From the NCBI RefSeq assembly GCF_009914755.1, contig NC_060934.1: a stretch of DNA of 64,000 nt. The stretch is one strand, 5' to 3'. Positions 13,620 to 30,858 of the stretch are shown here, one piece after another; positions within the stretch are counted from its first letter, which is position 1; the number at the start of each line of letters is the position of its first letter. Made by a program: the position numbers and the translations under genes. Origin of the DNA: the human T2T-CHM13v2.0 reference genome, Homo sapiens. The notes under the pieces are model-generated. The model was not told where the DNA came from. It saw nothing but the letters and a program-made list of their open reading frames with translations, and searched no databases.

Positions 13620-14430
13620 GGCACCTGCCGCTGAGGCGCTGTCGGGCTGGCCTCCCTGGAGCAGAACGTGGGAAACACCCTGCCACACGGTCCGCTTGAC
13701 ATAGCCGCCCCTGGCCCCTCCTCGACCCGCAATCCAGGAGCTGGTCCCTGGCGCTGGGCACCGTGCAGCCTCCTCGATGGCGCTGAGTGTCGGTTCCCGC
13801 CCTCCTGCAGCTGGGGACCCACCCCTGACTTAGAATCCCTGGACGCTTCTGGCCCAGGGATCCGCGCTGCTGGTGGCGCTGACAGGGTCCGGGTTGGAGC
13901 CCCTGCTGCCGCGTGCCATGTTCAGATGAGAGCTGCACCTGAGTCCACGGTGGAGGCTGCAGGGCTGGGCCCAGACCGCTGAGGGTCGTCGAGTGAACCG
14001 CCCTACCACCCTGGGCTCTGCTCTTTCTTGGCCGGCGCTGGCAGCTCAGGCTCACGACCTCTGAGCCCCGTACAGCTGCCGAGATGAGGCACTGCGGCAG
14101 ATTCCCGCCCTCCTGCAGCTGACGTCCCACCGCCTGACTTAGGCGCAGCGGCGCCGTCCGACCCTAGGGTGTGCCGCTGCTGGTGACAAGGACAGGTTCT
14201 GGGGTTGCCACTGCTGCTGCCACGTTCGAATACCAGCTGCAGCTGAGCCCAAGGCGGAGGCTGCACGGCTGGGCCCAGAGGGCCTGAGGGTCGCTGTGTG
14301 GCACACGCCCTCCCTCTCCAGGCCCTGCACTTCCTTGGCTCGCACCCAGAGCACTGGGTTGCGGGCTCTGGACACTGCAGACGCCAGGATGGGGCTGAGC
14401 GGCGGGTTCCTGTCCTGGTGCAGATATGGG
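13620..14430. repeat. Degenerate GC-rich tandem repeat, unit about 305 bp, about 3 copies
   Basis: TTCCCGCCCTCCTGCAGCTG...CCTGACTTA at about 13794-13831 and 14102-14141; CTGAG-CC--GG-GGAGGCTGCA-GGCTGGGCCCAGA at about 13939 and 14243. Confidence 0.75.
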
Positions 14431-14809
14431 GCGGACCGACTGACGTCAACGCTGTAGCAGCATCTGTCCCTGGTCCGCGCTGACTGGGCCCATGGAGAAG
14501 AAGGAAGTTTAGGGTTGCTCGGCCATATTTGCCTGTTCCCCAAGTGCAGGTAGAGGCTAAAGCTCAGACAGCGGCACGGATGGCGGGTCCGTTTGACGGC
14601 TTCAGGTTGCTGAGTGTGCCCCCTGCTCGGCCCCAGAGTCCCTTCCTCGTTCACCCGCATCTGGAATATGGCGGTGGCGCTGGGTAATCTGCAGTCATCC
14701 TGGATGTGGCTGAGCTGCGGTTCTCTCCCTTGGGCTGAAAGGGAGACTTAGTTGAGTAGAGCAGATGGAGAAAAAGTTAGATTGAACTCATCCTGCTTAA
14801 AGACTTGCA

Positions 14810-15203
14810 GGCTGGGTGCAGTGCCTCATGCCTGTACTTCCAGCGCTTTGGGAGACTGAGATAAGAGGATCACTTGATCCTGGGAGTTTCAGACCAGATT
14901 AGACAACACAGGGAGACTTCATCTCTACAAAAATAAAACGAATCAGCCAGGCATGGTGGTACATGCCTGTGACCCCAGCTACTTGGGAGATTGATTGTGG
15001 GAGGATCACTTGGTTCCGGAGGTTTGTGGGTACAGTGATCTGTGATTGTGTCACAAACAAGCAATGAGAGGCCTTGTTGCTCCACATCCTAGACAGATTT
15101 GACATTTGCAGTCTTCTGGATTTCCGTTATTATTTGGTTATTTCTGCCCCTGCATTTTAAGCCTAGGCAACACAGACTCGCTCTCTAAATAAATAAATAA
15201 ATA
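14810..15203 (+). mobile_element. AluJ interrupted by a 90-bp L1M-like fragment (second copy at about 21262-21690)
   Basis: The Alu right arm is split at TGTCAC|...|TGCCCC by sequence 15055-15144. Confidence 0.8.
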
Positions 15204-15329
15204 ACTTCTAGTCACTATATCATATCTATGTTGAATTCTTTACACACGAAGCTTGCAGAGTTGAAACTCCCAGCACCCTCTAATTATGTGATAGGGACCA
15301 TGTGATTAAAGTGGGTGACCACGTTCTTG

Positions 15330-16285
15330 CTTTTGGTCATTCCAATAGGTATGCAGTGGTAGTTCATTACTGCATTTCCCTAAGGAAATATTATGTGGCC
15401 CATCATTACATATGCTTATTTTTTATTTGTATATTTTATTTGGTGAGATGCCTGTTACAGTCTTTAGTTCACTTTTTAATTGGGTTGTTTGTTTCTTATT
15501 ATTCAATTTTAAGAATATTGGTAAATTTTGGAGAAAATTCATTATTCAAATATGTTTTGCAAATATTTTCTTCCAGTCTGTGGCTTGTCTTCCCTTTCAA
15601 TGGCTTTCACACACACAAAAAAGTGACATTTTAATCAAGTCCAACTTATCATATTATTTCTTTTAGGTACTGTAACTTTGGCGTTTTTCTAGAGATCATC
15701 AAACCCAAGAGAGTCTAGATTTTCTCCTGTTATTTTCCAGAAGTTTTATAGTTTTGTATTCGACATTTATGTCTGTGATTCATTTTGAGTTAATTTTGGT
15801 GAGGGGGTAAGATCTGATTTTTTTTCACTTGTGGATATTCAGTTGTTCCAGCACGAATTTCAGAAGAAACCAATCTTTGTTTCATCATATTGCCTTTACT
15901 TTTCCATCAAAGATTAAATATATTGATTTGTCTCTATTTCTAAACTGTCTTGTTTCATTAATCTGTCTATTCTTTCATCAACATGATACAGCCTTGATTA
16001 CCATAGCTTTACAGTTAAGTCTTGAAGTTGGGTAGTGCCTGTCTTTCCTCCAACTTTGTTCTCTCCTTCAATATTGTGTTAGCTATTCAAGGTCTTTTTC
16101 TTCTCCATATAAGCTTTAGAATTAGCTTTTCTATATCTATAAAATAATTTACTTCCATGTTGAGTAGAAGTGCATTGAATCCGTACATTGGGAAGAGCTG
16201 ACATCTTGACAATATTGAGTTTTTCTATTCATTAATATAATGTATCTTCTCCATCTGTTCAGTTCTTTTTTGATTTCTGTCATCA
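15330..16285 (-). mobile_element. L1M (L1MB/MC-like) 3' fragment (second copy at about 21820-22740)
   Basis: TTTTGCAAATATTTTCTTCCAGTCTGTGGCTTG and similar antisense L1 ORF2/3' motifs. Confidence 0.75.
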
Positions 16286-17835
16286 GATATGGACAGTTTA
16301 TGAAATTACATAACTTCCTCTACCTTGACCAAAGAACAGTGATGAATTCCTCATTCTGCAGCCAACAAGTCACCTGTGAGAGCCATGTGTCTAAACATAG
16401 ACAGGAGGGTAAGAAAATGATAGAGATCCTGGGAAACATAGGAAATTCATGAATCAGCAACTGTGTCTAAGTAACTCCTTTCCATATCCCCAGTGCACCT
16501 GTTGCTTCAGCCAATACCTGCTGGTGTAGCCGAGGATGCTGGTGCTCCTGGCTTTCCCGGCCCTGCCCCCAGGGCTACCTTCGGGTGTGTGCCTCTTGAC
16601 CTTAGCAAGAATGTAGTTCTTTATCCCTACCATGGGTGAAATATTTTCGCAAATAAACACTTTTTAAAATAATGTCAACTTTTATATTAGAGGTGCTGCG
16701 TGTGCAGGTTTGCATGTGTCTTTTTGGTACAGTGTTGTATTTTCTTTCGGTATATACCCAGTAATGAGGTTGATAGTTCAATTAGTAGCTCTATATTACA
16801 TTTTTTGAGGAATCTCCAAACTGCTTTCCATAGTGGCTAACCTGATTTACATTCCCAGTGACAGTGAATAGGAGTTTTCTATTGTCTGCAGCCTCGCCAG
16901 CATTTGTTAACAAATATTTATATATTTCAGGCAAAGATCATCTGTTAGTTTTTATTTCAGCACATCCTCTGAAGAAGATAGTGTTTTTAACAACCAAAGA
17001 TGATTCAACATTTCAAACTTGTTTTTTTATTTTTCTTTTTCTGACGCCATGTGGAACTTTCTGTCTGCCTCAGTTTAAGGTATAGGTTAAGAGCACTGTA
17101 CCTTGAAGTGACCCATCTCAGTGGCCCCATGCAGTGTTCTATCCCAGAACTCTTCACAAGCTTTTGCCCTGTGTGACCAGTGTGGAAAGGAGCCCCCCCA
17201 GATAGTGTTTCACCAGGCAAGTGACCAACTAAAGAATTACCACAATTATGTGTGACTGTTCTCAAGGTTCCCAAACATACAGAGGGGGACAGTTGCAGGT
17301 AATAAAGCTTTATTAAAGGCAGTAACATCTCAACCCAGCAGGAAACATACTGTGGGCTATGAGAACAGGTTACAATAAATATTGAGGAAGAAAAATTCAC
17401 TTTAATCAGATATTCGCCCCAAAATCCTCTTGCTCAAATATTAAATGTTCTTCCTGCACACGTGGCAATACCAGACTTACAGAAAGCACACGTGGTGAGA
17501 GACAAAGCCTGCTGCCTATCTGTGAGCTTCAGTGCCCAATGAGACTCGGCAAGCTGTTCATCTCTTCTTTCTACACTCCTGCTTTTATTGCACAGTATAT
17601 TTTCATATATGTTTTATTCCATTTTTGAATGTTGTATTCCATTGGTCTCTCAGACTAATGATGAAACAATATGACACAATTTTAATTTCCAAGTCTCTAC
17701 AATATTTTACAGGGGAAGTCACTCTCTCAATTTTCAGACTTTTCATGGATATTTTGTTTGCTCTTCTATACAATAAAATTTCTATATTCAGAACACAGAT
17801 GGTATCTACATTGGAGTTAAACTCAACTTATTTAA

Positions 17836-18217
17836 TTTTCGTTATTTATTTAAATTTTATTTTAACCTTAGGGGTACATGTGCAGGATGTGCAGGTTTGT
17901 TACATAGGTAAATGTCTGTCAGGGGTAAGGGTTGTTGCACAGATTATTTCACCACCCAGATATTAAGCCAAGTGTCCATTAGTTATTTTTCCTGATCCTC
18001 TCTTTCTCCCCACCTTCCACCCTCCAGTAGACCCCAGTATGTGTTGTTTCCCTCTATGTGCCCATGTGTTCTCATCATCTAGTTCCCACTTATATGTGAG
18101 AACATGCCATAGATGGTTTTCTGTTAATGCATTCCTTTACTAAGGATACTGGTCTCCACCTCCATCCATGTCCTTGCAAAGGTACATATACACCATGGAA
18201 TACTATGCAACCAAAAA
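17836..18217 (-). mobile_element. 5'-truncated L1PA (old primate subfamily) with a short 5' inversion
   Basis: GGGGTACATGTGCAGGATGTGCAGGTTTGTTACATAGG 3' end; inverted piece at 18181-18217; TSD-like TCAACTTATTTAATT/TCAGCTTATTAATT. Confidence 0.8.
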
Positions 18218-19781
18218 ATCAGCTTATTAATTAAAGTACCTTTGATGTCTTAATAATGTTGACCCTGCCTAATCATGTAATGTCATAATTTTCATTTATA
18301 CAAATCTATTTTGATGTTTTCAAGAAATATTTTGCAACAATTCCATACAAATTGATTTAAAATAATTGTTCAGGAAATTTTGGCATTATCTGTTTTCCAT
18401 CTATGAACATGAACACAAGACAGTCTCATTAATTCAATTAACATAATTTATTGTGTTAATGAATTTCCTAATTCGATGACTCTCACTTGCATTTCAGGCA
18501 TAAATGGAATTCCTAATGATCTAATATTTTAATGGGTTGACACAATGCTTTTTAACATTTAAAAATTTTACTTTCATATAATATGTTCTTATTATCTATA
18601 ATATTCTATACAGCATCAAACAAGTAAAGTTGTATCACTTTTATATATCCTTTCTAAAAACTATTGGGAATGTTGGTTACCTTATAACTTTTAAATAGTT
18701 TAAGCAGTATTGGTATATTAATTAGTTCATGAGTAAAATTTTCTTCTGGACAATATAAATATGGTGCTTTCTTTTGTGCAAAACTAATCTTAAATAAACG
18801 TTCCGTTTCTTCTATGAATACTACTTAATTTAGCACCTCTATCTCTATGAGGTAAATGACCTTAAACTATATATTCCTAGACTATATATGAGCCACATTT
18901 TAATACTCATTTGCATTGAATCACACAATTTTGTTCCTGTTTTTCATTTTAATATATGACTTTAAATTCTTCTCTGCACGGAAACCTGTTGACACCTCCT
19001 TTTCAAGCTCTTTGTGTGGTCCCATCTGTTTACAATTCACTAATACTTCGGCTCAGGAATTTCGGGGTTAACTGAAAATCAGATTTTCAGCAGAGGCAGA
19101 TCTCAGGGAAGCACGGAATCTGGTAAGACACATGTGCTTTGCTGTCAGTCTTTCATGTCTCAGACTCAGCATTTCCAGTTCTCTCCATGTGAGCCCCTGT
19201 CTGCCTCCAGGGATTACGGAAAAACAGAGCCTCTCCCATTTTCATGTCTTTGAAGGTGCTTGGGTATAACGTTGTCATTTTTTTGGTAATTGGAAACTAA
19301 GACAAAGTTATTCAAAAATCACTATAACTCATCAAATATGTACTGTCCTTTTATCTACAGGTGAGATGACAATTGTAGTTCTCTGGGGAAGTAAACTCAT
19401 AGGATCACAAGCCCCTATCCCAGCGTCTATGCGCTCAATGGCTGTTGTGAACATAAACCTGAGCCCATTGTCCCAGCAGCAGAAAGAAATCAGGTGAGTA
19501 GTTTATATTTCAATCTGTAAGCAGAGTCTATTGTCTGTGGATCAATAGACAGAATACGTGCTCTTTTCTTGAAAAAAAAAATTTCTGGGTCACAAACTGA
19601 CCAGGACCAAATCCACGCATGAAAAAGGAAATAATTACTGAGTCGTGAGCTTAACTTTTGGAGAAATAATGGATGTCCAAGACCATAAATCAATCCGTAA
19701 GTGTTCCTAAATTAATTGTATGTCATTCTCACTGTTCATCATTGTTGAATTTTGATGTATGAAGCCATAAAATTTGTTTTC

Positions 19782-22904
<3,123 letters not shown>

Positions 22905-22916
22905 AGAAATAATAAC

Positions 22917-23157
22917 TCCTGTTAGTGAGCTCTCATGAGACAGGATGGTTTTATAAGGGGCTCTTCCCCCTTTGCTCAGCACTTCTCCTTCCTGCTGCCT
23001 TGTGAAAAAGGTGCCTTGATTCCCCTTCTGCCATGATTTTAAGTTTCCTGAGGCCTCCCCAGCCATGCTGAACTGTGAGTCAATTAAACCTCTTTCCTTC
23101 ATAAATTACCCAGTCTTGAGCAGTTCTTTATAGCAGTGTGAAAATGGACTAATACAA
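22917..23157 (+). mobile_element. MSTA-like MaLR LTR, 5'-truncated
   Basis: GAGGCCTCCCCAGCCATGCTGAACTGTGAGTCAATTAAACCTC...GGACTAATACA 3' terminus. Confidence 0.85.
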
Positions 23158-25880
23158 TTTTCAAACTACAAATTTAAAGAACATACTACATACCTGGGAA
23201 ATAATCAGACCAGAATGACCTATACCCTACACCAAGTCATACTCCAGTAAAATTACAGGACATAAAATTGTATCAACAGGCTTTCAGACAATTTATGCCA
23301 GAAGCAATAAAGTAACACATCGACAACACTCCAGAAAAGAAACTCTGAGTCTGTATACCTGTAAAATTGATTTTCATGTAAAAAGAACACAAATTTTTAT
23401 GTACTATCCACAGGAAAAACTGGGAATATTATTCTCTTGATACCTTTCTGAGGAATATTTCAGAGTACAAGCTTCAGACAATCAAAATAAATAGAGATAC
23501 ACTGACCTAAGGACTCTTGATGTGCATAAAAGATAGAGGTGCCTGTAGAACTAAGACTACGTGAGGGCTAAAGGAGAGAAAGTATCATAGGAAATGGCTA
23601 TATGTGCTGAAAATCTAGATACAGTTCAAGTTCCAAGGAGCAGGGAGCCATATTTCCACAGTTAAAAACAGATTAGAGATGTATCGCATTTCTGGTTAGC
23701 AAATAGAGTCTGGAAGTTGTCACTACCATGCTCACAGTAAGAAAAAGGCTGAGCAAACAAAACAAAAAACTATTCCGTAGATTCATCAGAAAATTGAGGT
23801 CACAGGGCAAGCCACCATACTGAAAACTAGAGACAGGCAAACACAGAGAATCACAGCATACTAGGAGCAGAAATACCTGCTGGAGCCAGCAACTGGTAAG
23901 GATGCTTCAAGGATAACTGCCTAATTGCCAGAGACTGAGTGGTAGACTAGTTTGAGAGATTAAAAACAACAACAAAAAACAACTTCTGGGAGCCTGGTCT
24001 TAAGGGGTCTCCTGTACTTTGCTGAGTTTTACCTCCAAGAGCCCTATCGGTTTCTCAGGGTGAAAAAATTAGATAGGAAAAAAAAATCCCTTTGTGCTTC
24101 ATGGAAGGGGAGAAGAGCAACCACTGTGAAATAAGGCCAAAGTATTCTGCTCTCCTTAACAAAGGAGAAATGATTTTAGCAGAGCCTAGGCTACCTGGGT
24201 TTTACCAGAGCCTGACCAATAGGAAGTAATGGAAATACCCAACTCCAGCCTGCTCACACCTTCCTGTCTCACTTGGGGGACATGCAGGGAAGCTGAGAAA
24301 CAGCTGTGAAGGTCACAGCCAAGGCTCACTAAAGGACAGAGATCTAAGCACAGGATTACAGAGCATTTCCCTTTTCCCGATCCTGTCTTGTCAGAAGGGC
24401 TCCTATAAAATAACATGGAATTATGGCAGAACTTCAATGCTCACACAGTATTTAAGGATTCAACAGGGAAACTCTAAGACAAAAGGGGAGGAAAAAACAA
24501 GGAAGACAAAAGAGAAAATGTTACCCTCTGACACCCACAGCTACAAAAATGTGAGAACTCACACTAAAAGCCTGTTTACCTCAGTTCATTTTACCCAATG
24601 CATCATGTCTGGCTTACAACAAAATTACAAGCTACTCTAAAAAGAAAAAAATACAGGCTGAAGAGAGAAATAAAGCAAAAGAAGTACACTTGGATATAGC
24701 AGATATTTTAAAGTTATCTGACTGGGACTTTAAAATTACTATGATTGATATGCTAAGAGCTCTAATAGAAAAGGTAGACAAAATGCAAGAAAAGATGGGT
24801 AATGTCAGCAAAGACAAAAGCCCTAAGAGAGAACTGAAATACTAGAGATTACAAACACTGTAACAGAAATAAAGAGAGCCTCTGACTGGCTCATTAGTAG
24901 AATGGATACAGCCAAGGAAAGAATCAGTGATCGTGAAGACATGTCAACAGAAACTTCCTGAACTGAAAAGCAAAGAGAAAAAAGAAGAGTGGAAAAGTGA
25001 AACAGAATATCTAAGAAAATGGGAAAATTACAAAAGGCATAACATGCACATAAAGGGAATATAACGAGAGAAAGAACAGAAAAAAATATTTAAATAACTC
25101 AGAATATTCCAAAATTAATGGCAGAGACCAAACCACATATCCAAGAAGCTCAGGGAACACAAAAAAGGGTAATTACCAAAAAATCTACACCTACACATAT
25201 GACATTCAAACTGTAGAAAGTCAAAGACAAAGACAAAATATTGAAGGAAGTCAGAGGAAAAAAACAAAACAACAACAAAAAAAAAACCTTACCTATAAAG
25301 AAACCAGAATAAAAATCACATTGGATTTTTCTTAAGAAACCATGCCAGCAATGGGGTAAAATATAAAGTGCTGAAGGGAAAAACACCCTCCAATCTAGAA
25401 TCTTGTATTCAATGAAATTATCTATCAAATATAAAGAAATACTTTCTCACCAAAATAAAAATTGAAGAGACATAAAATGTGCTAAAAACAAGCTCGTCAC
25501 AGAGAATAAAAACAATACAGCAGAAAATAGTGTCTACATAAAGGAAGAGTGTTAAAGAATGAATAAAAGTAATATAAAATGGTGTATTGTTCTTATTCTT
25601 AATCTAACAGATAACAGATTGTTCAAAATAGTAACAGCAGCAATGTGTTGGTTGATTATAGTTTACGGATAAGTGAAATGAATGTTAGCAGTTCTATAAA
25701 GGACAACAGGAAGGAACTGGAAATGTTTGATTTTAAGGCATCTGCACTGGCTCTGAAGTGGCACAGTGTTATTTAAAAGTGAGTTGACATTCATTGTAAA
25801 TGTATATTGCAAACTCTAGGGCTATCATTAAGAAGTTTTTATTCCTTGCCTTATCCTCCTTCTAAAAAAAATAAATTTTT

Positions 25881-26262
<382 letters not shown>

Positions 26263-27210
26263 TCATACAACATGCTCAATTAAAGCCATGGAAAGCAGAA
26301 AAAGAGCAGAAGACAAAAAAAAAGAACAAGGGCAAGAATAGAAAACACTTATTATGTAGGTATTAATCTAAGCAATATCAATGATCACATTATATGTTGA
26401 TAACCAAACATATCAATTAAAAGACTATAAAAGACTATCAGGGTGGATTTTTCTAAAAGAAAAAAAACAGGATCTAACGATATGTTATCTATGAGATATC
26501 CACTTTAAATATAAAATATAGAAACAAATTAAAAGTAAAGGGATGGAGAAAGATACATGACACTGAACACTAAGCAAAAGAAAGCTGGAGTAGTCATGTT
26601 AATTTCAGACAAAGCTGACTTCAAAGCAAGGAAGATTATCAGAAATAAAAGGGGATATTATATAATGATTAAAAGGTAAACTTTCCAAGAAGACACAGTA
26701 ATCCTTAATGTGTATGCATCCAACAACAGTGTCAAAATAGCAAGACAAAAGCTTACAGAAATGCAAAGAGAAAGAAACAAACCCACTATTATACTTGGAG
26801 ACTTCAACACTCCATTCTGTTAGTAACTGACAGATCCAGCAGGCAGAAAATCAGTAAGGGCAGAGTTAAAAACACAACACCACCATCAATCAACTGGATA
26901 TAACTGGCATCTATAGACTACTCCATCCAACACAAAAAAACACATTCTTCTGAAGCTTGCACAGAACATTCATCAACATAGACCACATTCTGGGCCATAA
27001 AACACCCCTTAAAGAGAATAGAAATTATATAAGCTCTCAGTCCACACTGGAATTAAACTAGAAATCAAACAGAAAGATAGCTGAAAAATCCCAAAACATC
27101 TGGTCATTAACAACGTATTTCTAAATAACACGTCAAAGAAATCTCAAAAAATTTTTTTAAATATTTTAATTAAATGAATATACTACTTATCAGAATTTGT
27201 GAAGTGCAGG

Positions 27211-27544
<334 letters not shown>

Positions 27545-27586
27545 TTATAGCATTAAATGCATGTATTACAAAACAAGAAAGTTCTA

Positions 27587-27640
27587 TTAGGTTGGTGCAA
27601 AAGTAATGGCTAAACGGCAATTACTTCTGCACCAACCTTA
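27587..27640. mobile_element. MADE1 (Hsmar1-derived MITE), internally shortened
   Basis: TA|TTAGGTTGGTGCAAAAGTAATGGC-TAAACG-GCAATTACTTCTGCACCAACCTTA|TA. Confidence 0.9.
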
Positions 27641-30618
27641 TAAAATCAATAATCCAAACTTCTACCCTAGGAAACAAGAAAAATGAGAATGAATTGAACT
27701 ACAAGTAAACAGAAAAAAAATTAATAAATATTAGGGCAGAAATCAATGATACTTAAAAGGGGAAATCAATAGAGAAAATGTCTGAGTCCAAAATCTGGTT
27801 TTTGGAAAAGATCAGTAAAACTGGTAATCCTCTAGGGAGGCTAGCCAAAAAAAAAAAAAAAAGAACTAATTACTAACAACAGAAATGAAAGAAGGGCCAT
27901 TACTACTGATTTCATGGATGTTAAAGGGATAATAAAGTAACATTATGAACAACTCTATGTCCAAAAATGTTATAACTTAGATAAAATGGACCAACTGCTG
28001 GAAAGGCATAATCTACCAAAACTCACACAGGGAGAAATAGATCCTTTTAGTAGGCCTACGTCTATTAAATAAATTGAATCAGAAATATTAATAACCTTCT
28101 AAAATAGAAAGCACCATGCCCAGATAGGTTTACTCATGAATTCTATCAAACATTTAAGGAAGAAACTATACCAATTCTCTACAATGCCTTTCAGAAAACA
28201 GAAGCAGAGAGAACAATTCCTAACTCATTCTATGAGGTCAGCATTAAGTCAAAGACATTACAAAAAGGAGAAACTACAGAGGAACATCTCTCATGAACAT
28301 AGATACAAAAATTCTCAACAAAGCATTTGAAATTAATTCAAAAATGTATTAAGAGTATACACAATGACCAAATGGAAGTTACTCCAGGTATGCAAAGGTG
28401 GTTCAAATTCAAAAATAAAAGCAATCCATCACTTCAAACAGGCGAAAGAAGAAAATCCATATGATTATATCTATAGATGCAGAAAAAGCACTGGACAAAA
28501 TCCAACACCCATAAAAACTCTTAGCCAACTAGGAATAGAGGAAAATTTTCTCAACTTAATTAAAAAAATCTACAAAAAACCTACAATTAATACGATACTT
28601 AATGGTAAGGAACTAGTTTCTTTCCTACTATGGTTGGGAACAAAGCAAGGATGTCACCTGTCACAACTTTTAGCCAAAATCATATTGGAAGTCTTAGTTA
28701 ATGCAGTAAGAAAAAGCAGAAAAATGTATGCAGATAGGGAAGGATGAATTAAAACTGTCTTTATCCACAGATAATATGATGTCTACATAGAAAATCCCAA
28801 ATCATCAACAAAAAAGAACTGAAACTAATAAACAACTACAGCAAGGTTGCAGGATACAAGGTTATATACAAAGACAACTGCTTTTCTATATAATTAGAAT
28901 TTTAAATTAAAAACATATCATTTACATTAACACCAAACAAATGAAATAGTAAGATATATAGCTAACAAAATATGTACAAGATCTATATGAGAAAAGTTTC
29001 AAAACTAGTATGAAACAAATCAAAGACCTAAATAAACTGTGAGATAGCCCATGTTCATGAATAGGAAGACCCAACATTGTTACAATGTCAGTTCTTCCCA
29101 AGTTGATCTACATATCAATTCCAGTCAAAATACCGGAAAGTTTATGGATATCAACAAACTGATCCTAAAATTTACATGGAAAGGCAGAACAGCCAATGCA
29201 ATATTGAAGAAAATACAATTGCAGCATTGACACTGCCCAACTTCAAAACTTAGAGTATGGTATTGGTGAAACAATAGACAAATAGATCACTGGAATAAAA
29301 TAGCCCAGAAATAGACCACACTAATACAATCAACTAATCTTTAGCAGAAGTGCAAAGGCAATTCAGTGGGAAAAGGAGTCTTTTCAACAAATGATGCTGA
29401 AACAGATGGACATCAACACACACAAAAATCAATCTAGACAAAGACCTAACACCTTTCACAAAAATAAACTCAAATCACAGACCTATTATATAAAACACAA
29501 AGCTATCAAAATTTCTAGATATAACAAAGGAGAAAATCTAGTTGACCTGAGATTTGGCAATGACTTCTTATATACAATACCAAAGGCACAACTTATGAAG
29601 GAAAAACTTGATAAGTGGGACTTCATTATATTTAAAAATTTCTGCTCTGTGAAAGATATCATTAGGGAAAAGAAAGACCAACTCAAACAAGGAGAAAATA
29701 TTCGCAACACACATATCTGATAAAGAACTGGTATCCAAAATATGTAAAGACGACTTAAAACTCAACAACAAAGAACCCAATTAAAAAGTACATAAAAGAT
29801 CTGAATGAACATCTCACCAGAGAAGATATACATATGGCAAATAAGCATATGAAAAGATGCTCAGCATCATATAGTCACTAGGGAATTGCAAATGGAAACA
29901 ATGAGATACTACTGCATACCCACTAGAATGGCTAAAATCCAAAACACCACCACCACCAAATGCTGGTGAGGATGTGGAACAACAGAAAATCTCATTCTTT
30001 ATTGGTAGAATGCAAAATAGTACAGCCACTTGAGATGACAGTTTGATAGTTTCTTCCAAAGCTAAACATAGTCTTATCACATGATCCAGTAATCACATTC
30101 CTAGGTATTCACCCAAAATCTGCACAAGAATGTTTACAACAGCTTTATTCATAATTGTCCAAATTTAAAAGCTGCCAAAATGTCATCCAACAGGTGAATG
30201 GATAAGCACAGTGTGGTACATCCAGACAACTGAGTATTATTCACTGCTAAAAAGACATGAGTTATCAAACCACAAAAGGCATGGAGGAATCTTAAATGCA
30301 TATTGCTAAGCAAAAGTAGCCAATCTGTAAAGACCTTATACTGTATGATTCCAACTATATGACATTCTGGAAAGGGTAAAATTATAGAGACAAAGGCAAA
30401 CTGTAATATTTCAGTGGTTGTCTGAGATTTAGGAGGTAGATAATGAGGGAGAGGGGATGAAGAGGTAGAGCTGAGAGGATTTTTAGGGCAGTGAAACTGT
30501 TCCATATGATACTGTAATGGTGAATACATGATGTTAATTTGTCAAAACCCATAAAACTATACTATATAGAGTGAATCTTGATGTTAGCTATAAACTTTAG
30601 TTAATAATAATGCATCAA

Positions 30619-30858
<240 letters not shown>

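Larger units (their letters stand above)
12920..14750. promoter_or_regulatory. CpG island/promoter of the ANKRD30-like gene
   Basis: GC- and CpG-rich block spanning exon 1 and upstream; NRF1-like GCATGCGCA at 13551-13559; perfect CRE TGACGTCA at 14441-14448. Confidence 0.75.
13668..16449 (+). repeat. Local 2.8-kb duplication, copy 1
   Basis: Colinear with 20118-22904: GC repeat, AluJ with insertion, L1M fragment, ending ATCCTGGGAAA-ATAGGAAATTCA. Confidence 0.93.

Noticed and set aside
13357-14660. Long ORFs (257, 173, 148 aa) upstream of exon 1 and similar ones at 20.1-21.1 kb
   Set aside because: They are stop-poor frames in GC-rich repeat DNA, overlap on both strands, have no recognisable domain, and are not preserved between the two duplicate copies.
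16454-17400. Exon-like, moderately GC-rich unique segments
   Set aside because: No recognisable protein in the frames read and no clear paired splice sites.
28136-30529. ORFs resembling reverse transcriptase
   Set aside because: Fragments of decayed L1 ORF2 and its antisense strand, not a gene or an active element.
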